The notes under the pieces: generated by a model | What the model saw: only the letters and a program-made list of their open reading frames with translations | Told to the model about the DNA's origin: nothing | Databases searched by the model: none | Part shown: one piece after another, positions 1 to 9,400 of the stretch | How the letters are laid out: the number at the start of each line of letters is the position of its first letter | Position numbering within the stretch: the stretch's first letter is position 1 | Position numbers and translations under genes: made by a program | Assembly (NCBI GenBank): GCA_029263715.1 | Contig: JAJUFP010000001.1 | Location: 162,837-226,836 of the forward strand | Direction of reading: 5' to 3' | DNA length: 64,000 nucleotides | DNA from: Nitrososphaera sp. | GTDB lineage: Archaea; Thermoproteota; Nitrososphaeria; Nitrososphaerales; Nitrososphaeraceae

Positions 1-47
1 TAAAGGCAGCTCATGATTTCTACAAGAAACACTGCGAGATTCCATGA
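1..47 (+). CDS. 3' end of a truncated upstream ORF (...KAAHDFYKKHCEIP*), possible antitoxin partner of the GNAT
   Basis: Open frame from position 3 ends in TGA at 45-47, overlapping the GNAT ATG (ATGA coupling). Confidence 0.5.
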   Translation, partial: KAAHDFYKKHCEIP

Positions 48-553
48 TTGATCCTGTCAGGTTAAATTTCTCTCTTCTTTCAGATAAAGACAATTTCTCA
101 AACCTTGACTTTACAGAAAACGACGGCACTGACCCGCTCGGCGTTGATATCTTTCTAAAACAGAAGGCTTTGGGATACAGGAAAAACAACCTGAGTGCGA
201 TCTACACTGTAAGGGTTGATGGTGAACTTGCTGCATTCTTTGCGCTTTCAATGTTTGCGATACAGGTAAAGGAGCTTCATGATAAAGAAAAGATCGGAGA
301 TATGAATCTCGTTTCCTATCCTGCCATCCTGTTGGGTCAGATGGGTGTGGATAAAAGATTCAGAAACCAGGGAATAGGATATCGGATATGTCAGTTTTGC
401 TTAGGGTTGGCTCAGGAAGTGGGAAAGAAAGTGGCCTGTAGATATGTGATACTGGAAACAAATGAACAAAAAGCATCTTATTACAAGAAGTTATTATTTG
501 AACAATCTACCAAGAAATCCCAAAAAATATGGATGTATAGAAGGGTTTCATGA
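44..553 (+). CDS. GNAT-family acetyltransferase, toxin-like (TacT/AtaT type)
   Basis: Motifs 'YPAILLGQMGVDKRFRNQGIG' (acetyl-CoA loop) and 'VACRYVILE...ASYYKK'. Confidence 0.8.
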   Translation: MIDPVRLNFSLLSDKDNFSNLDFTENDGTDPLGVDIFLKQKALGYRKNNLSAIYTVRVDGELAAFFALSMFAIQVKELHDKEKIGDMNLVSYPAILLGQMGVDKRFRNQGIGYRICQFCLGLAQEVGKKVACRYVILETNEQKASYYKKLLFEQSTKKSQKIWMYRRVS

Positions 554-610
554 TTCACTCATTGTTACAGCTCTTGCCTTTTTTTTGACCCTGTAGTCTT
601 GAAAGCAGAT

Positions 611-653
611 ATTCTTCTATATGTATCTAATAACTAGATACATATAGAAGAAT
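611..653. repeat. Perfect 19-bp inverted repeat with 5-nt spacer
   Basis: attcttctatatgtatcta (611-629) / ataac / tagatacatatagaagaat (635-653). Confidence 0.95.
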
Positions 654-702
654 TGGAGACTGCTGACAATAGCAGGACCTTGCCGAAGCTTTTGATTATT
701 TA

Positions 703-1014
703 TTAGAGAATACTCACTGCAGAGACTTTCCAGCTGTAGCGACTCTTCCCGGAGTCTCTTGCCTTTTTCTTGGTATCAAGGAATTCAATAATTTGTTTCT
801 TGTCGTTTACGTCAAGAATGTGATCCTGGTACCATGGTGTTGGGCAAGGATGATGTTGGTGGAGCTCGTTTTTGATGTGGCTGTCGCTTGAGCCAATAGT
901 CTTTAGATAATCATGAGAGTCGTTTAACAGCTTGGCATTTGTGGAATTTGGGATGTTTGGAATCCTTGAAAGGATCATTTGTAGTGACATAAGTGGACAG
1001 GACTCATGTACCAA
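703..1014 (-). CDS. Hypothetical protein
   Basis: 103-aa ORF in AT-rich DNA between the GNAT gene and the tRNA; no recognisable motif. Confidence 0.45.
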   Translation of the reverse strand: MVHESCPLMSLQMILSRIPNIPNSTNAKLLNDSHDYLKTIGSSDSHIKNELHQHHPCPTPWYQDHILDVNDKKQIIEFLDTKKKARDSGKSRYSWKVSAVSIL

Positions 1015-1041
1015 CGCAAGTATATGAATCCCCCACTAAAG

Positions 1042-1114
1042 TGGACTGGGCGGGATTTGAACCCGCGACCTTTCGATTGCGAATCGAACATTACTACCCC
1101 TGAACTACCAGCCC
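1042..1114 (-). tRNA. tRNA-Ala (anticodon CGC)
   Basis: Cloverleaf on the minus strand: acceptor GGGCTGG/CCAGTCC with G3:U70, anticodon arm TTCGA-TTCGCAA-TCGAA, T arm GCGGG-TTCAAAT-CCCGC, discriminator A. Confidence 0.96.
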
Positions 1115-1278
1115 AGTGCAAAAACTGCTGTTAAAACCCGAATATAAAAGATCAGAATGATGCCGCCTTGTTTGGCGGCAGATGTTTTTCGTAGACAGAC
1201 CTAATCTATTGACACAAATTATCATTATATCTTTCCTGACAAGAAGGCATTTAACCGGGGAAGTGTGTTTTTCAGGCA

Positions 1279-1725
1279 GTGCACAAGAACAACGTCAGGC
1301 GCCGCAAGGCTGGGAGCAACTTGAACGAGACTATCAGGATCGCATCCATGGTACAGAAGGGTGTCGATGCTGGCAGATCAAGCCATGTAGAAATGCAGGC
1401 GCTCTCCAAGATTGCAAGCCAGAACATCAGATCAAAGGTGCGCTCCCTTCAAACGTCCATGCAGCATAAAGACGCCGAGCTGTCTTCTGTCCTTGATGCT
1501 GTTTCATCGGTAATGTCGGAAGGGTATGCAAAAGTCCTGGAACCCAACGGAAAAATCCGCAGGGACAGACTTGACGCCATCCTGTCTGTGGACGCTGACA
1601 TTGTCACGTGCCTTGCCATTATCGATGAAGAAATGAAATCCGGCAAGCCGCTGGCCAAATCAACGGCGGTTCTAAAAGAACTTGTAAAGCAAAGAAAAGA
1701 GTTGGTAGACGCCTCTAAAGCTTGA
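1279..1725 (+). CDS. Hypothetical helical protein
   Basis: 148-aa ORF, GTG start, host-like composition. Confidence 0.7.
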   Translation: MHKNNVRRRKAGSNLNETIRIASMVQKGVDAGRSSHVEMQALSKIASQNIRSKVRSLQTSMQHKDAELSSVLDAVSSVMSEGYAKVLEPNGKIRRDRLDAILSVDADIVTCLAIIDEEMKSGKPLAKSTAVLKELVKQRKELVDASKA

Positions 1726-2629
1726 GGTGCGTCTTTAGTCCCTTGTAACGGTTTCTGATGGTGACCTCTGTCACACCGGCTGCTTCGGCCACGTCCTTCT
1801 GGGTCTTGTTCTCTCCGTTCATGACGCAGGCAACGTACAGCGCGGCTGCTGCCAGTCCCATGGGGTCTTTGCCGGCAGATATCTTGCCTTCCTCGGCTTT
1901 CTTTAGGATCTCAAGGGCCTTGCGCTTTGTCTTTTCAGACAGGCCTGCCTTGCTTGCTATTCTGGCGACACATTTCACCGGGTCTACTACCGGCATCTTG
2001 AGGTCCAGCTCCCTTATGAGCAGCCTGTAGCATCTGGCCACGTCCTTCTTCTTTATGTTGCTTGCATTTGCAATGTCCTTGAGGGTTCTTGGAGTCTCTG
2101 TGTCACGGCATGCAGCGTACAGAGCAGCGGCAACCAGCGCGGAGATGGAGCGTCCCCTGACCAGGCCTTTTTCAAGAGCCTTTCTGTAAACGTATGCAGC
2201 CTTTTCAATCACTGCGTCTCCGACTGCAAGCTTGTCCTTGAGCCTGTCCAGTTCGCTGAATGCCTGGCGGAAGTTGCGATCCACCGGTTCGTGAACCTGG
2301 CTTCTGCTGTCCCAGGTCCTGAGCCTCTCAATGGTGCTTTTCATGGATGCTGAAAGCGGCTTGCCGGAAGCATCCTTGTCTACGGGGCCGATTATTGTGG
2401 CAAGTCCCATGTCGTGCATCGCCAGGGACGTGGGGATTCCTGCCCTGCTCCTGTCTTCGTGCTCTTCCTTTGAGAAGGCGCGCCATTCTGGTCCTAACTC
2501 TTCTATCCTTTCGCTAACTACAAAACCACAGTTTCCGCAGAACATCTCGCCGGTGGCGTTGTCTGTTACCATGGATCCTCTGCCGCAACGTGGGCAGCGG
2601 TCACCAAACATGGAGATATCTTTTACCAA
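1715..2629 (-). CDS. tfb: Transcription initiation factor IIB (TFB)
   Basis: N-terminal Zn ribbon CPRC...CGNC, 'GPEWRAF', two cyclin repeats, 'VTEVTIRNRYK'. Confidence 0.98.
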   Translation of the reverse strand: MVKDISMFGDRCPRCGRGSMVTDNATGEMFCGNCGFVVSERIEELGPEWRAFSKEEHEDRSRAGIPTSLAMHDMGLATIIGPVDKDASGKPLSASMKSTIERLRTWDSRSQVHEPVDRNFRQAFSELDRLKDKLAVGDAVIEKAAYVYRKALEKGLVRGRSISALVAAALYAACRDTETPRTLKDIANASNIKKKDVARCYRLLIRELDLKMPVVDPVKCVARIASKAGLSEKTKRKALEILKKAEEGKISAGKDPMGLAAAALYVACVMNGENKTQKDVAEAAGVTEVTIRNRYKGLKTHLKL

Positions 2630-2707
2630 TTTCCTCTCACCGAAATTTCATTTTCCCTTTGCAGGCTTATATAAATATTTTATTCTAATATTTAAACTTT
2701 CGGTATG

Positions 2708-2809
2708 TTACCTTGGCTTGCTGCGCTTGCGTCTTTCTGCCTTGGCGTACTTTTTGCTTCCAGACCGCTGGGCGCTGTAGGCGTGGGTCTTGTTGTTCTT
2801 CTTTGGCAT
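2708..2809 (-). CDS. 33-aa highly basic peptide (MPKKNNKTHAYSAQRSGSKKYAKAERRKRSKPR)
   Basis: ATG at 2809, TAA at 2708-2710; K/R-rich; lies upstream of tfb. Confidence 0.55.
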   Translation of the reverse strand: MPKKNNKTHAYSAQRSGSKKYAKAERRKRSKPR

Positions 2810-2865
2810 CTTGCAGGAATTAGAAATCAACACGCTATATATTCTATTTTCAACAAAAACAATAA

Positions 2866-3222
2866 ATGGAATTGGGTGTGATGCGTGTATCAATGGAAGA
2901 CAAGACCCGCGTTCCAAGATGGGTCGTGGAAAACGATCCGCTTTGGGTAAAGTCTGTTGATTCTGACCTTGGTATGCTAAGATGGACTAACAGGAATACC
3001 GGTGCCCATGCTGTCTGCCTGCCAACAGGCTTGTTCTGTGAAATCATCGAAGACGAGACAAGTGGAGTGGGTCTTACAGACCTTGGCAGTCTTGCAAGGC
3101 GCATGAACGCCGGCAGGACAAACGGCGCTGACGACATCCGAAAGTACCTGGCCAGCGGACATCTCAACCCTACCATCAACTGGCCGGCAGGTCTTGACAG
3201 AAACAAGCTGCGCCGGTTCTAA
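2866..3222 (+). CDS. Hypothetical protein
   Basis: 118-aa ORF filling the gap before rpiA. Confidence 0.6.
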   Translation: MELGVMRVSMEDKTRVPRWVVENDPLWVKSVDSDLGMLRWTNRNTGAHAVCLPTGLFCEIIEDETSGVGLTDLGSLARRMNAGRTNGADDIRKYLASGHLNPTINWPAGLDRNKLRRF

Positions 3223-3257
3223 CTATTTATATCAATACCGACGCCGCTAACCTGTCC

Positions 3258-3935
3258 TTGTCGCTGCAGGTTGCTCTTCAAAAGCTGGCGTATGATGTTG
3301 TTACAAGATACATCAAAGACAGCCGGGTCGTAGGCCTTGGCAGCGGAAGCACGGCTGCGTTTATCGTCAGGGAAATGGCCAGCCTTGAGAACAGATATGC
3401 CATGCAATTCGTGCCGACATCTCTGCAGATAAAGGTGGAGGCTGAAAAGATCGGACTTCAATTTGCAGACGAAAACCGCGTTCCGGACATAGACGTGGTG
3501 TTTGATGGTGCAGACCAGATAGACTCAAAATTCAACATGATAAAGGGCGGAGGAGGCGCGCTCTTGCGGGAAAAGATCCTCATCTCGTCAGCAAAGAAGG
3601 TGGTGATAATCGCCGATGAGTCCAAGTTCGTCCAGTCATTTAGCCGGTCGGTTCCCATCGAAGTGCACCCTCTGGCAAGAACCGCGGTGGCCAGAAAGCT
3701 TAAAGAGTTTGGAGGCCAGCCAGTGCTACGCACCTTGGACAAGGGCTACCCGTTTGTTACTGAAAACGGAAATGTCATACTTGACACCACGTTTGCAGCG
3801 ATATCTGATCCTGTCAGAATGGAAATGGATCTCAAAAACATAGCCGGCGTGCTTGAAGTGGGCATCTTCACCAGAAGGGCCAATGCCTACTATAAGGCCA
3901 AAAACGATGGGACCTTTGAAATCATCACTTTCTAG
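3258..3935 (+). CDS. rpiA: Ribose-5-phosphate isomerase A
   Basis: 'VGLGSGST', 'DGADQID', 'IKGGGGALLREK' signatures. Confidence 0.97.
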   Translation: MSLQVALQKLAYDVVTRYIKDSRVVGLGSGSTAAFIVREMASLENRYAMQFVPTSLQIKVEAEKIGLQFADENRVPDIDVVFDGADQIDSKFNMIKGGGGALLREKILISSAKKVVIIADESKFVQSFSRSVPIEVHPLARTAVARKLKEFGGQPVLRTLDKGYPFVTENGNVILDTTFAAISDPVRMEMDLKNIAGVLEVGIFTRRANAYYKAKNDGTFEIITF

Positions 3936-3983
3936 TACCACGGATAGTCTTATTATCTTGATTGCTGATGATAACGCGGATGC

Positions 3984-4727
3984 ATGAGTAAAAACGATGA
4001 TGACGATGATTTTACCGCGGTAGGGCTGTTGCTAGAAAAGGCTGAACAATACAAGAAAGCCGGCAAATTCGAAGATGCGTTAGAACTTCTCAACAAGGCG
4101 CGCGTCATGCAGGAAAGCAAAAAGCCCGAGAACTATTGGAAAGACAAAGGGCTTGACAAACTTGAGCTGGGAAAATATGAAGATGCAGTAAAATGCTTTG
4201 ACAACGAACTTGAAATTAACGGGAAAAGTTTTGACACGTACTTTGCAAAGGGGGTCACGCTGTATGCCTTGGGCAGTTACGTCGAGGCCGTGGAATGCTT
4301 TCAAAATGCATACGAGATCAAGCATGCTGAAGGCTTGAAACATGCCAGCAAGCTCGACCTGTTCAAAACGTACAGAAAGTTTGAAGATGCTGTCAAGTTT
4401 TCCCGGGGGATGGGAACAGAGCAGGTCGACCATACCTTTTGGTATTACATGGGCCTTGCCCTGTACGAACTCAAAAGATATAGCGAAGCAATGGATTGTT
4501 TCAGGAATGCTTCCGCGCTGAATCCAAGAGATTCTGCAATAGTGTACAGCCTTGCCAAATGCGAGCTCTTTTCAAGTGGGGCAGAAAAATGCATAGAGCT
4601 GCTGGAAAAAGCCTGTGATCTGGATTCTGCCAGCAAAAGGTTGCTGAGGGTAGATCCTACTTTTGACAGTCTGAGAAACGACAAGAAATTTAGGGTCTTG
4701 CTGGGTTACAGCACATCCTCGACGTGA
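3984..4727 (+). CDS. Tetratricopeptide-repeat protein
   Basis: Repeated 'W..KG..L..LG.YE.A..CF' TPR units. Confidence 0.92.
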   Translation: MSKNDDDDDFTAVGLLLEKAEQYKKAGKFEDALELLNKARVMQESKKPENYWKDKGLDKLELGKYEDAVKCFDNELEINGKSFDTYFAKGVTLYALGSYVEAVECFQNAYEIKHAEGLKHASKLDLFKTYRKFEDAVKFSRGMGTEQVDHTFWYYMGLALYELKRYSEAMDCFRNASALNPRDSAIVYSLAKCELFSSGAEKCIELLEKACDLDSASKRLLRVDPTFDSLRNDKKFRVLLGYSTSST

Positions 4728-4739
4728 ATATCGCCCGGA

Positions 4740-5939
4740 TTACCATTCCAAACTAATTACATCGTTTTCCTGGATGACAAAATTCTTGTCCTCCTTTCTC
4801 CACCTTGCAATGACGCGGTTGTTGGCAGTCATCATCGAATCCATGCTGACGACCATCCTTTTGTCCTGACTGACCAAATACAACACGGGCTTGACCTCGT
4901 CTTTATCTGCCTCTGGATAACTAAAGGAAACGGCAAGGCTGTTTGTGTTGCCTAAAAACAAGATGTTGTGCTTTCTTGACTGCTCGACGGTTTCATACAT
5001 CACGGAATAGGCCTTGGCAGCTTCGCTTCTGAAAACCGGGCTGTGCAGTTTCACAATAATCTCTTTTCTTTCTGGGGTGTCTGAAACTATCTCCTGTATC
5101 TTGAGCCCGTTGTTTTCTTCAAATGCTTGAAGGTTGATCTCGGAGATCGGCATTTCAACATCATTGATGGTTTCGTATACCATGAAGACCGGCTCTCTGG
5201 AGTTGTTGATTATTCGGTATGTTCTTTTGTGACTTAGAAGGCCTGCCTTGTAGTCTTTCAGACTCAGGTCAAACTCCACACTTCTTATCGAAAGATTCTT
5301 TTGCATATCTTTGACTTTGCCGGCTATCTTGCTTCCCACAGTGAGCGCCTTTGAGGGTCTGGATGGATTTCCAAAGCCCTCGCCGTGAACCGAATAGACA
5401 AGGATGTTCTGGCCGTGTTTTATCTGAAAGTCCTGAACGGGGTGGATTATCCGCCGGTACTCATCGGATAACTCCACGAGGCTTTCCGCCATGTTGGCAG
5501 TCATCAGAATGTGACCTGCATCGGCAAGGTCCATGACTCTTCTTGCAAGTATTATTCCCGGCCCCCAGATGTTTTGGTTTCCATAGATGTCACGGATAAT
5601 AAAGACGTGGCCGTCGTGGCATCCGATTCTCACCTTTACCACATCAATAGGATTTTTGTCAGCGTTGTACTGGCTTAGTTTTAGATGCAGTTCCCTGGCC
5701 AAGTTCGGGGGTTTGTCCAGTCCTTTCAGAAAGCCTATTGCCATTCCATCTCCTGTGGGAAGAATCAACAGCTCTTCTCTGGGGGTGGACCTGAATGCCA
5801 TGCATTCAAAAATGCTTCTGTTCAAAGCCCGGATCTTTCTTATCTGTGTGCTGGTCGACATCGCAGGATCCGATAGGCCAACTATGTCGACAAAGAAGAA
5901 TGCTGCATAGATGATCTTTTCTTCAGAGCTTGATGTCAT
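4740..5939 (-). CDS. Class III adenylate/guanylate cyclase-domain protein with C-terminal beta domain
   Basis: 'FFFVDIVGLS', 'PTGDGMAIGF', 'VRIGCHDG', 'NIWGPGIILARRVMD'. Confidence 0.88.
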   Translation of the reverse strand: MTSSSEEKIIYAAFFFVDIVGLSDPAMSTSTQIRKIRALNRSIFECMAFRSTPREELLILPTGDGMAIGFLKGLDKPPNLARELHLKLSQYNADKNPIDVVKVRIGCHDGHVFIIRDIYGNQNIWGPGIILARRVMDLADAGHILMTANMAESLVELSDEYRRIIHPVQDFQIKHGQNILVYSVHGEGFGNPSRPSKALTVGSKIAGKVKDMQKNLSIRSVEFDLSLKDYKAGLLSHKRTYRIINNSREPVFMVYETINDVEMPISEINLQAFEENNGLKIQEIVSDTPERKEIIVKLHSPVFRSEAAKAYSVMYETVEQSRKHNILFLGNTNSLAVSFSYPEADKDEVKPVLYLVSQDKRMVVSMDSMMTANNRVIARWRKEDKNFVIQENDVISLEW

Positions 5940-6128
5940 TTTGATTCAACCGTTTGTAAAAAGCCGGACTTCAATAGCTTTCAAAAGTACACAAAACTAT
6001 AAAAAAATTCATAAAAACTTTCGATTGGTATCACCGGTTTGTGTGATAAAAATAATTATTTCCCAAGACAAGCGATTCGAAATAAAAGTTAATCAAAAAG
6101 CAAACACTAAGCTCTGGCGGGCCCTGGC

Positions 6129-7163
6129 ATGCTTTCTGAGCGTAGCAAGCCGCTTGAAGGCAAGATAAACTACTACGTTCTGGTAGCCATAAGCCTACTT
6201 GTCCTGTTGTTTGTTATCGCCAATTCTTTTGAGCCGCAGATAGACAGCCAGCTTGATTTCTTTGAGCTGGTGTACCTGATGTCTTCAGCCGCGCCAGTAA
6301 TACTGTGCTTTGTAATCGCAAAAAGGTACTGGGGATCAAAGGTCTTTGGCAAGACGTACCTGGCGCTAGGCATTGCCTTTCTGCTGGGTCACATCGGTGA
6401 TGAACTTTTTCAGTACTATCAACTGGCCGGAATATCAAACCCGTACCCATACTACTCGGATATCTTTTTTGCCTCTTTCTTTCCGTTTGCGTTCTACCAT
6501 CTGTACAGGAATATCCGGCTTTACAAACCAAAGTTGGAAAATAAAGAAAAGATACTGATTGTTGCAATTCCGGGCACTATAACCCTTGTATACGCGTTCG
6601 CTTTGCTTACCCCGGTTTCTGTTCCAGGTGGGGTACCAGACCTCATGTCAGAAGTGTTATGGATCGGAGACAGACCGTTTAAACTGATCCCGGCCACTGG
6701 CGATGAGGGCGTCTCTGATTCTTACCAGCGCATCATAGTGGATGACACAACGTATTACCTTGTGCCAATGAATCTGACAGGTCTGGTGGGATACGAACAG
6801 GTATACGACAAGAACGCAACTGTGGACTTGGTTCCGGTTGTTATCTCTAACTTTACTATAGGGGAGACTCCTCCCTACGATCAGACTTTCTGGAACGGCT
6901 TTTACATGGGTATGTACTACAGCGCGACTACCACCACACTGTTGTCTTGGAACCTGATCGGGGTTCGGACTTTTCGCAAGACCGTGCTGGGCAACCCATG
7001 GGGGCTCTTGGTTACAGGTATGGGCATAGGCACGCTGGCCAACATAATTTACTACTACACTTCCATCTTCAGCTATGATCGGACAAGTCCGATTCTGGGT
7101 CTTTGGATACTGGGAAACTGGATAGTCTGCTACGCCCTTTATTTGCACAGAAAACAGCTGTGA
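6129..7163 (+). CDS. Multi-pass (~7 TM) membrane protein with inserted extramembrane loop
   Basis: Several hydrophobic helices flank a ~90-aa polar loop. Confidence 0.85.
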   Translation: MLSERSKPLEGKINYYVLVAISLLVLLFVIANSFEPQIDSQLDFFELVYLMSSAAPVILCFVIAKRYWGSKVFGKTYLALGIAFLLGHIGDELFQYYQLAGISNPYPYYSDIFFASFFPFAFYHLYRNIRLYKPKLENKEKILIVAIPGTITLVYAFALLTPVSVPGGVPDLMSEVLWIGDRPFKLIPATGDEGVSDSYQRIIVDDTTYYLVPMNLTGLVGYEQVYDKNATVDLVPVVISNFTIGETPPYDQTFWNGFYMGMYYSATTTTLLSWNLIGVRTFRKTVLGNPWGLLVTGMGIGTLANIIYYYTSIFSYDRTSPILGLWILGNWIVCYALYLHRKQL

Positions 7164-7247
7164 TAAACATGACAGCGCCTTTTTTAAAACATGAACTGCA
7201 TGGCATAGACACGTTATTATTAAATAGTTCACGGGTATTGTAGCTTC

Positions 7248-8255
7248 GTGGGGCTTCTCAAAGTAAACGGCTTTATCGACCTTGACCAATTTTGGCCGAA
7301 AGGCGAATCAGACGCAGATACCATCAAGATACTTGTTCAGGATACCTTTCAATTCCAAGAAAACCTGCAGTCTGAATTCAAGGTAACCCATTCCTTTGAC
7401 AAAGCAATGATGAAAGTAGATGACAAGAAGGTGCCAGTCATGGACGGCAAAAACAGGATTACAGTTCGCCTTCAAGGTGTCGATACGCCGGAACTGCACT
7501 GCGACTCGACAAGCCTGTCAAAAAAAGCGCTGAAAGCCCTGAACAAAGCACGAAAAGATGAATTCAAGAAACTAGATAAAAAATACCGCCAATACTTTGC
7601 AGAATCTTCCGTCGTTGCACTTTACGAGATGCTAAAAAAGTCCGGAACAAGTGCTGTTCCATGCGTGGTCAGGACATTTGTAAATGAACCAAACGACGTG
7701 TTTGATAAATATGCAAGACTTGTGGGAGACATTGAAGTTGAAATCGATGGAAAGAAGGTAAACATCAATCAATGGTTGGTGGAAAACGGGCTGGCCTTCC
7801 CAGCCTTTTATGCTTCGATGAATGGCGAAGAGATCAAGACTCTCCTTGAAGCTTCTCAGCTTGGACGAAAGAACCATCCAAAGTTCTGGCGCCGCATGAC
7901 AAAAACGATGAGATTTAACTTCAAACTATTGTATCGCGGAAGGGGCGCGCCTCTTGAGCCCAAAAAGGATGTTGGATCTCTGGCGTTGCCCAAGATCTAC
8001 CGCAGGCAGCGCAATTGGGCAGTCCAGAAAAAAGCAAAAATCCTGAATGATGGTTTTAAAAAGTTTCTTGCAAAAAATCACGACCATTGCTTCTTGACAG
8101 AAGAATTTCTGGTTAAAGGACGTGCATCGGCGATTCACCATCTTGACGAATTTCTTGAAAGTGGCAAGCTAAATATCGAGCCAGAAGACTTGGTGTTCAG
8201 GGACAGCCCGTCTACATTGTTATCTTATGATGGAACGCCCGTATCGAGGTGGTGA
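7248..8255 (+). CDS. Thermonuclease (SNase-like) family protein
   Basis: 'SDADTI', 'VRLQGVDTPE', 'DKYARLVG', 'NINQWLVENGLA' match SNase motifs. Confidence 0.82.
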   Translation: MGLLKVNGFIDLDQFWPKGESDADTIKILVQDTFQFQENLQSEFKVTHSFDKAMMKVDDKKVPVMDGKNRITVRLQGVDTPELHCDSTSLSKKALKALNKARKDEFKKLDKKYRQYFAESSVVALYEMLKKSGTSAVPCVVRTFVNEPNDVFDKYARLVGDIEVEIDGKKVNINQWLVENGLAFPAFYASMNGEEIKTLLEASQLGRKNHPKFWRRMTKTMRFNFKLLYRGRGAPLEPKKDVGSLALPKIYRRQRNWAVQKKAKILNDGFKKFLAKNHDHCFLTEEFLVKGRASAIHHLDEFLESGKLNIEPEDLVFRDSPSTLLSYDGTPVSRW

Positions 8256-8256
8256 C

Positions 8257-8988
8257 TTAATCCGTTAGTACCTTTAGCAGCAGGGGAAGCGATTCTGCAG
8301 CAGTGCTGCGGACTGAAATGTCCATCATCCCGCTCAACGCGGTGGGCTCTATGTTGATCTCTATCAGGTACGAGCCGTTCTTCTTTGCATAGATGGGCAG
8401 GCTGTTGGCCGGCGATACCTGCAAGGAACTGCCGACTATGACCATGACATCGCAGTCAGAAGAATGTTTTATTGCTTGCTTTAGATTGTCCTGTGGTAGC
8501 GGCTCGCCAAACCAGACAACGTCGGGCCTCAACATGTGGCCACATTTTTCACACAACGGTGGCGGTGGGGGAAATCCATCGCCCATCCTCCCGTGATAAC
8601 TGCAGGCGGTGCACTTTACTTTGAATATGTTTCCGTGAAGCTCGATGATGTTTCTGCTGCCGGCAACACGGTGCAGATCATCGACGTTTTGTGTGACAAC
8701 CTGCACTTCCTTGTAATTCTGGATGCCGGCTATGGCAAGATGGCCAGCATTTGGTCTGGCTTCAAGGGCCTTCATTCTCCTTTCATAGTACCATTCCCAT
8801 ACCAGCTTTGGGTTCTCAAAGAACGCTTCCGGCGTGGCCAGCTTCATGGGGTCATATTTTTTCCAGTAGCCGTTTCTGCCTCTGAAGGTGGCTAGGCCGC
8901 TTTCCTGAGATATGCCGGCACCGGTAAAAAAGACCATCTTTCTGCATGCTTTTATCCTGTCCTTTACGCTGTCAAAAGCGGGATTCAA
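8257..8988 (-). CDS. cobB: NAD-dependent protein deacylase (sirtuin)
   Basis: 'TGAGISQESG..TFRG', 'TQNVDDLH', 'ELHGN', two CxxC, 'RPDVVWFGE'. Confidence 0.96.
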   Translation of the reverse strand: MNPAFDSVKDRIKACRKMVFFTGAGISQESGLATFRGRNGYWKKYDPMKLATPEAFFENPKLVWEWYYERRMKALEARPNAGHLAIAGIQNYKEVQVVTQNVDDLHRVAGSRNIIELHGNIFKVKCTACSYHGRMGDGFPPPPPLCEKCGHMLRPDVVWFGEPLPQDNLKQAIKHSSDCDVMVIVGSSLQVSPANSLPIYAKKNGSYLIEINIEPTALSGMMDISVRSTAAESLPLLLKVLTD

Positions 8989-9034
8989 TCGAGGCTACAG
9001 TTTATCATGGCAGACAGGTATTTCTGTTGTCTTG

Positions 9035-9343
9035 TTACTGTACCTCAATAGCTGCCTTGTTAAAGCCCATCTTGACCAGGTAATCGCGCACATCATCCCT
9101 ATGGTCTCCCTGCAGCATGATAAAGCCGTCCTTGGCAGTGCCGCCGCAGGCAAAGGTACTTTTCAGTTCCTTGACTATCTTGTGCATATCGCTCTGCTTT
9201 GGGTTTATCCCCTCAATCAAGGTGGTTGTCTTGGAGAAACGTCTTGTTTCCCGGCGGACAACGATTCGTGCTTCTTCCTTGTCCAGCTCACCGCAGGCGC
9301 ACAGGTCGTCTGGGAGGCCGCATTTTTTGCAGATAACCGCCAT
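9035..9343 (-). CDS. Translation initiation factor SUI1 (aIF1)
   Basis: 'ICKKCGLP.DLC.C', 'ELKS.FACGGT', 'LQGDHR'. Confidence 0.95.
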   Translation of the reverse strand: MAVICKKCGLPDDLCACGELDKEEARIVVRRETRRFSKTTTLIEGINPKQSDMHKIVKELKSTFACGGTAKDGFIMLQGDHRDDVRDYLVKMGFNKAAIEVQ

Positions 9344-9400
9344 CAGGTACCACGATTTTCACAGGGCCTATTATTAAGCATTGTTCATTGACCAGCGGCA

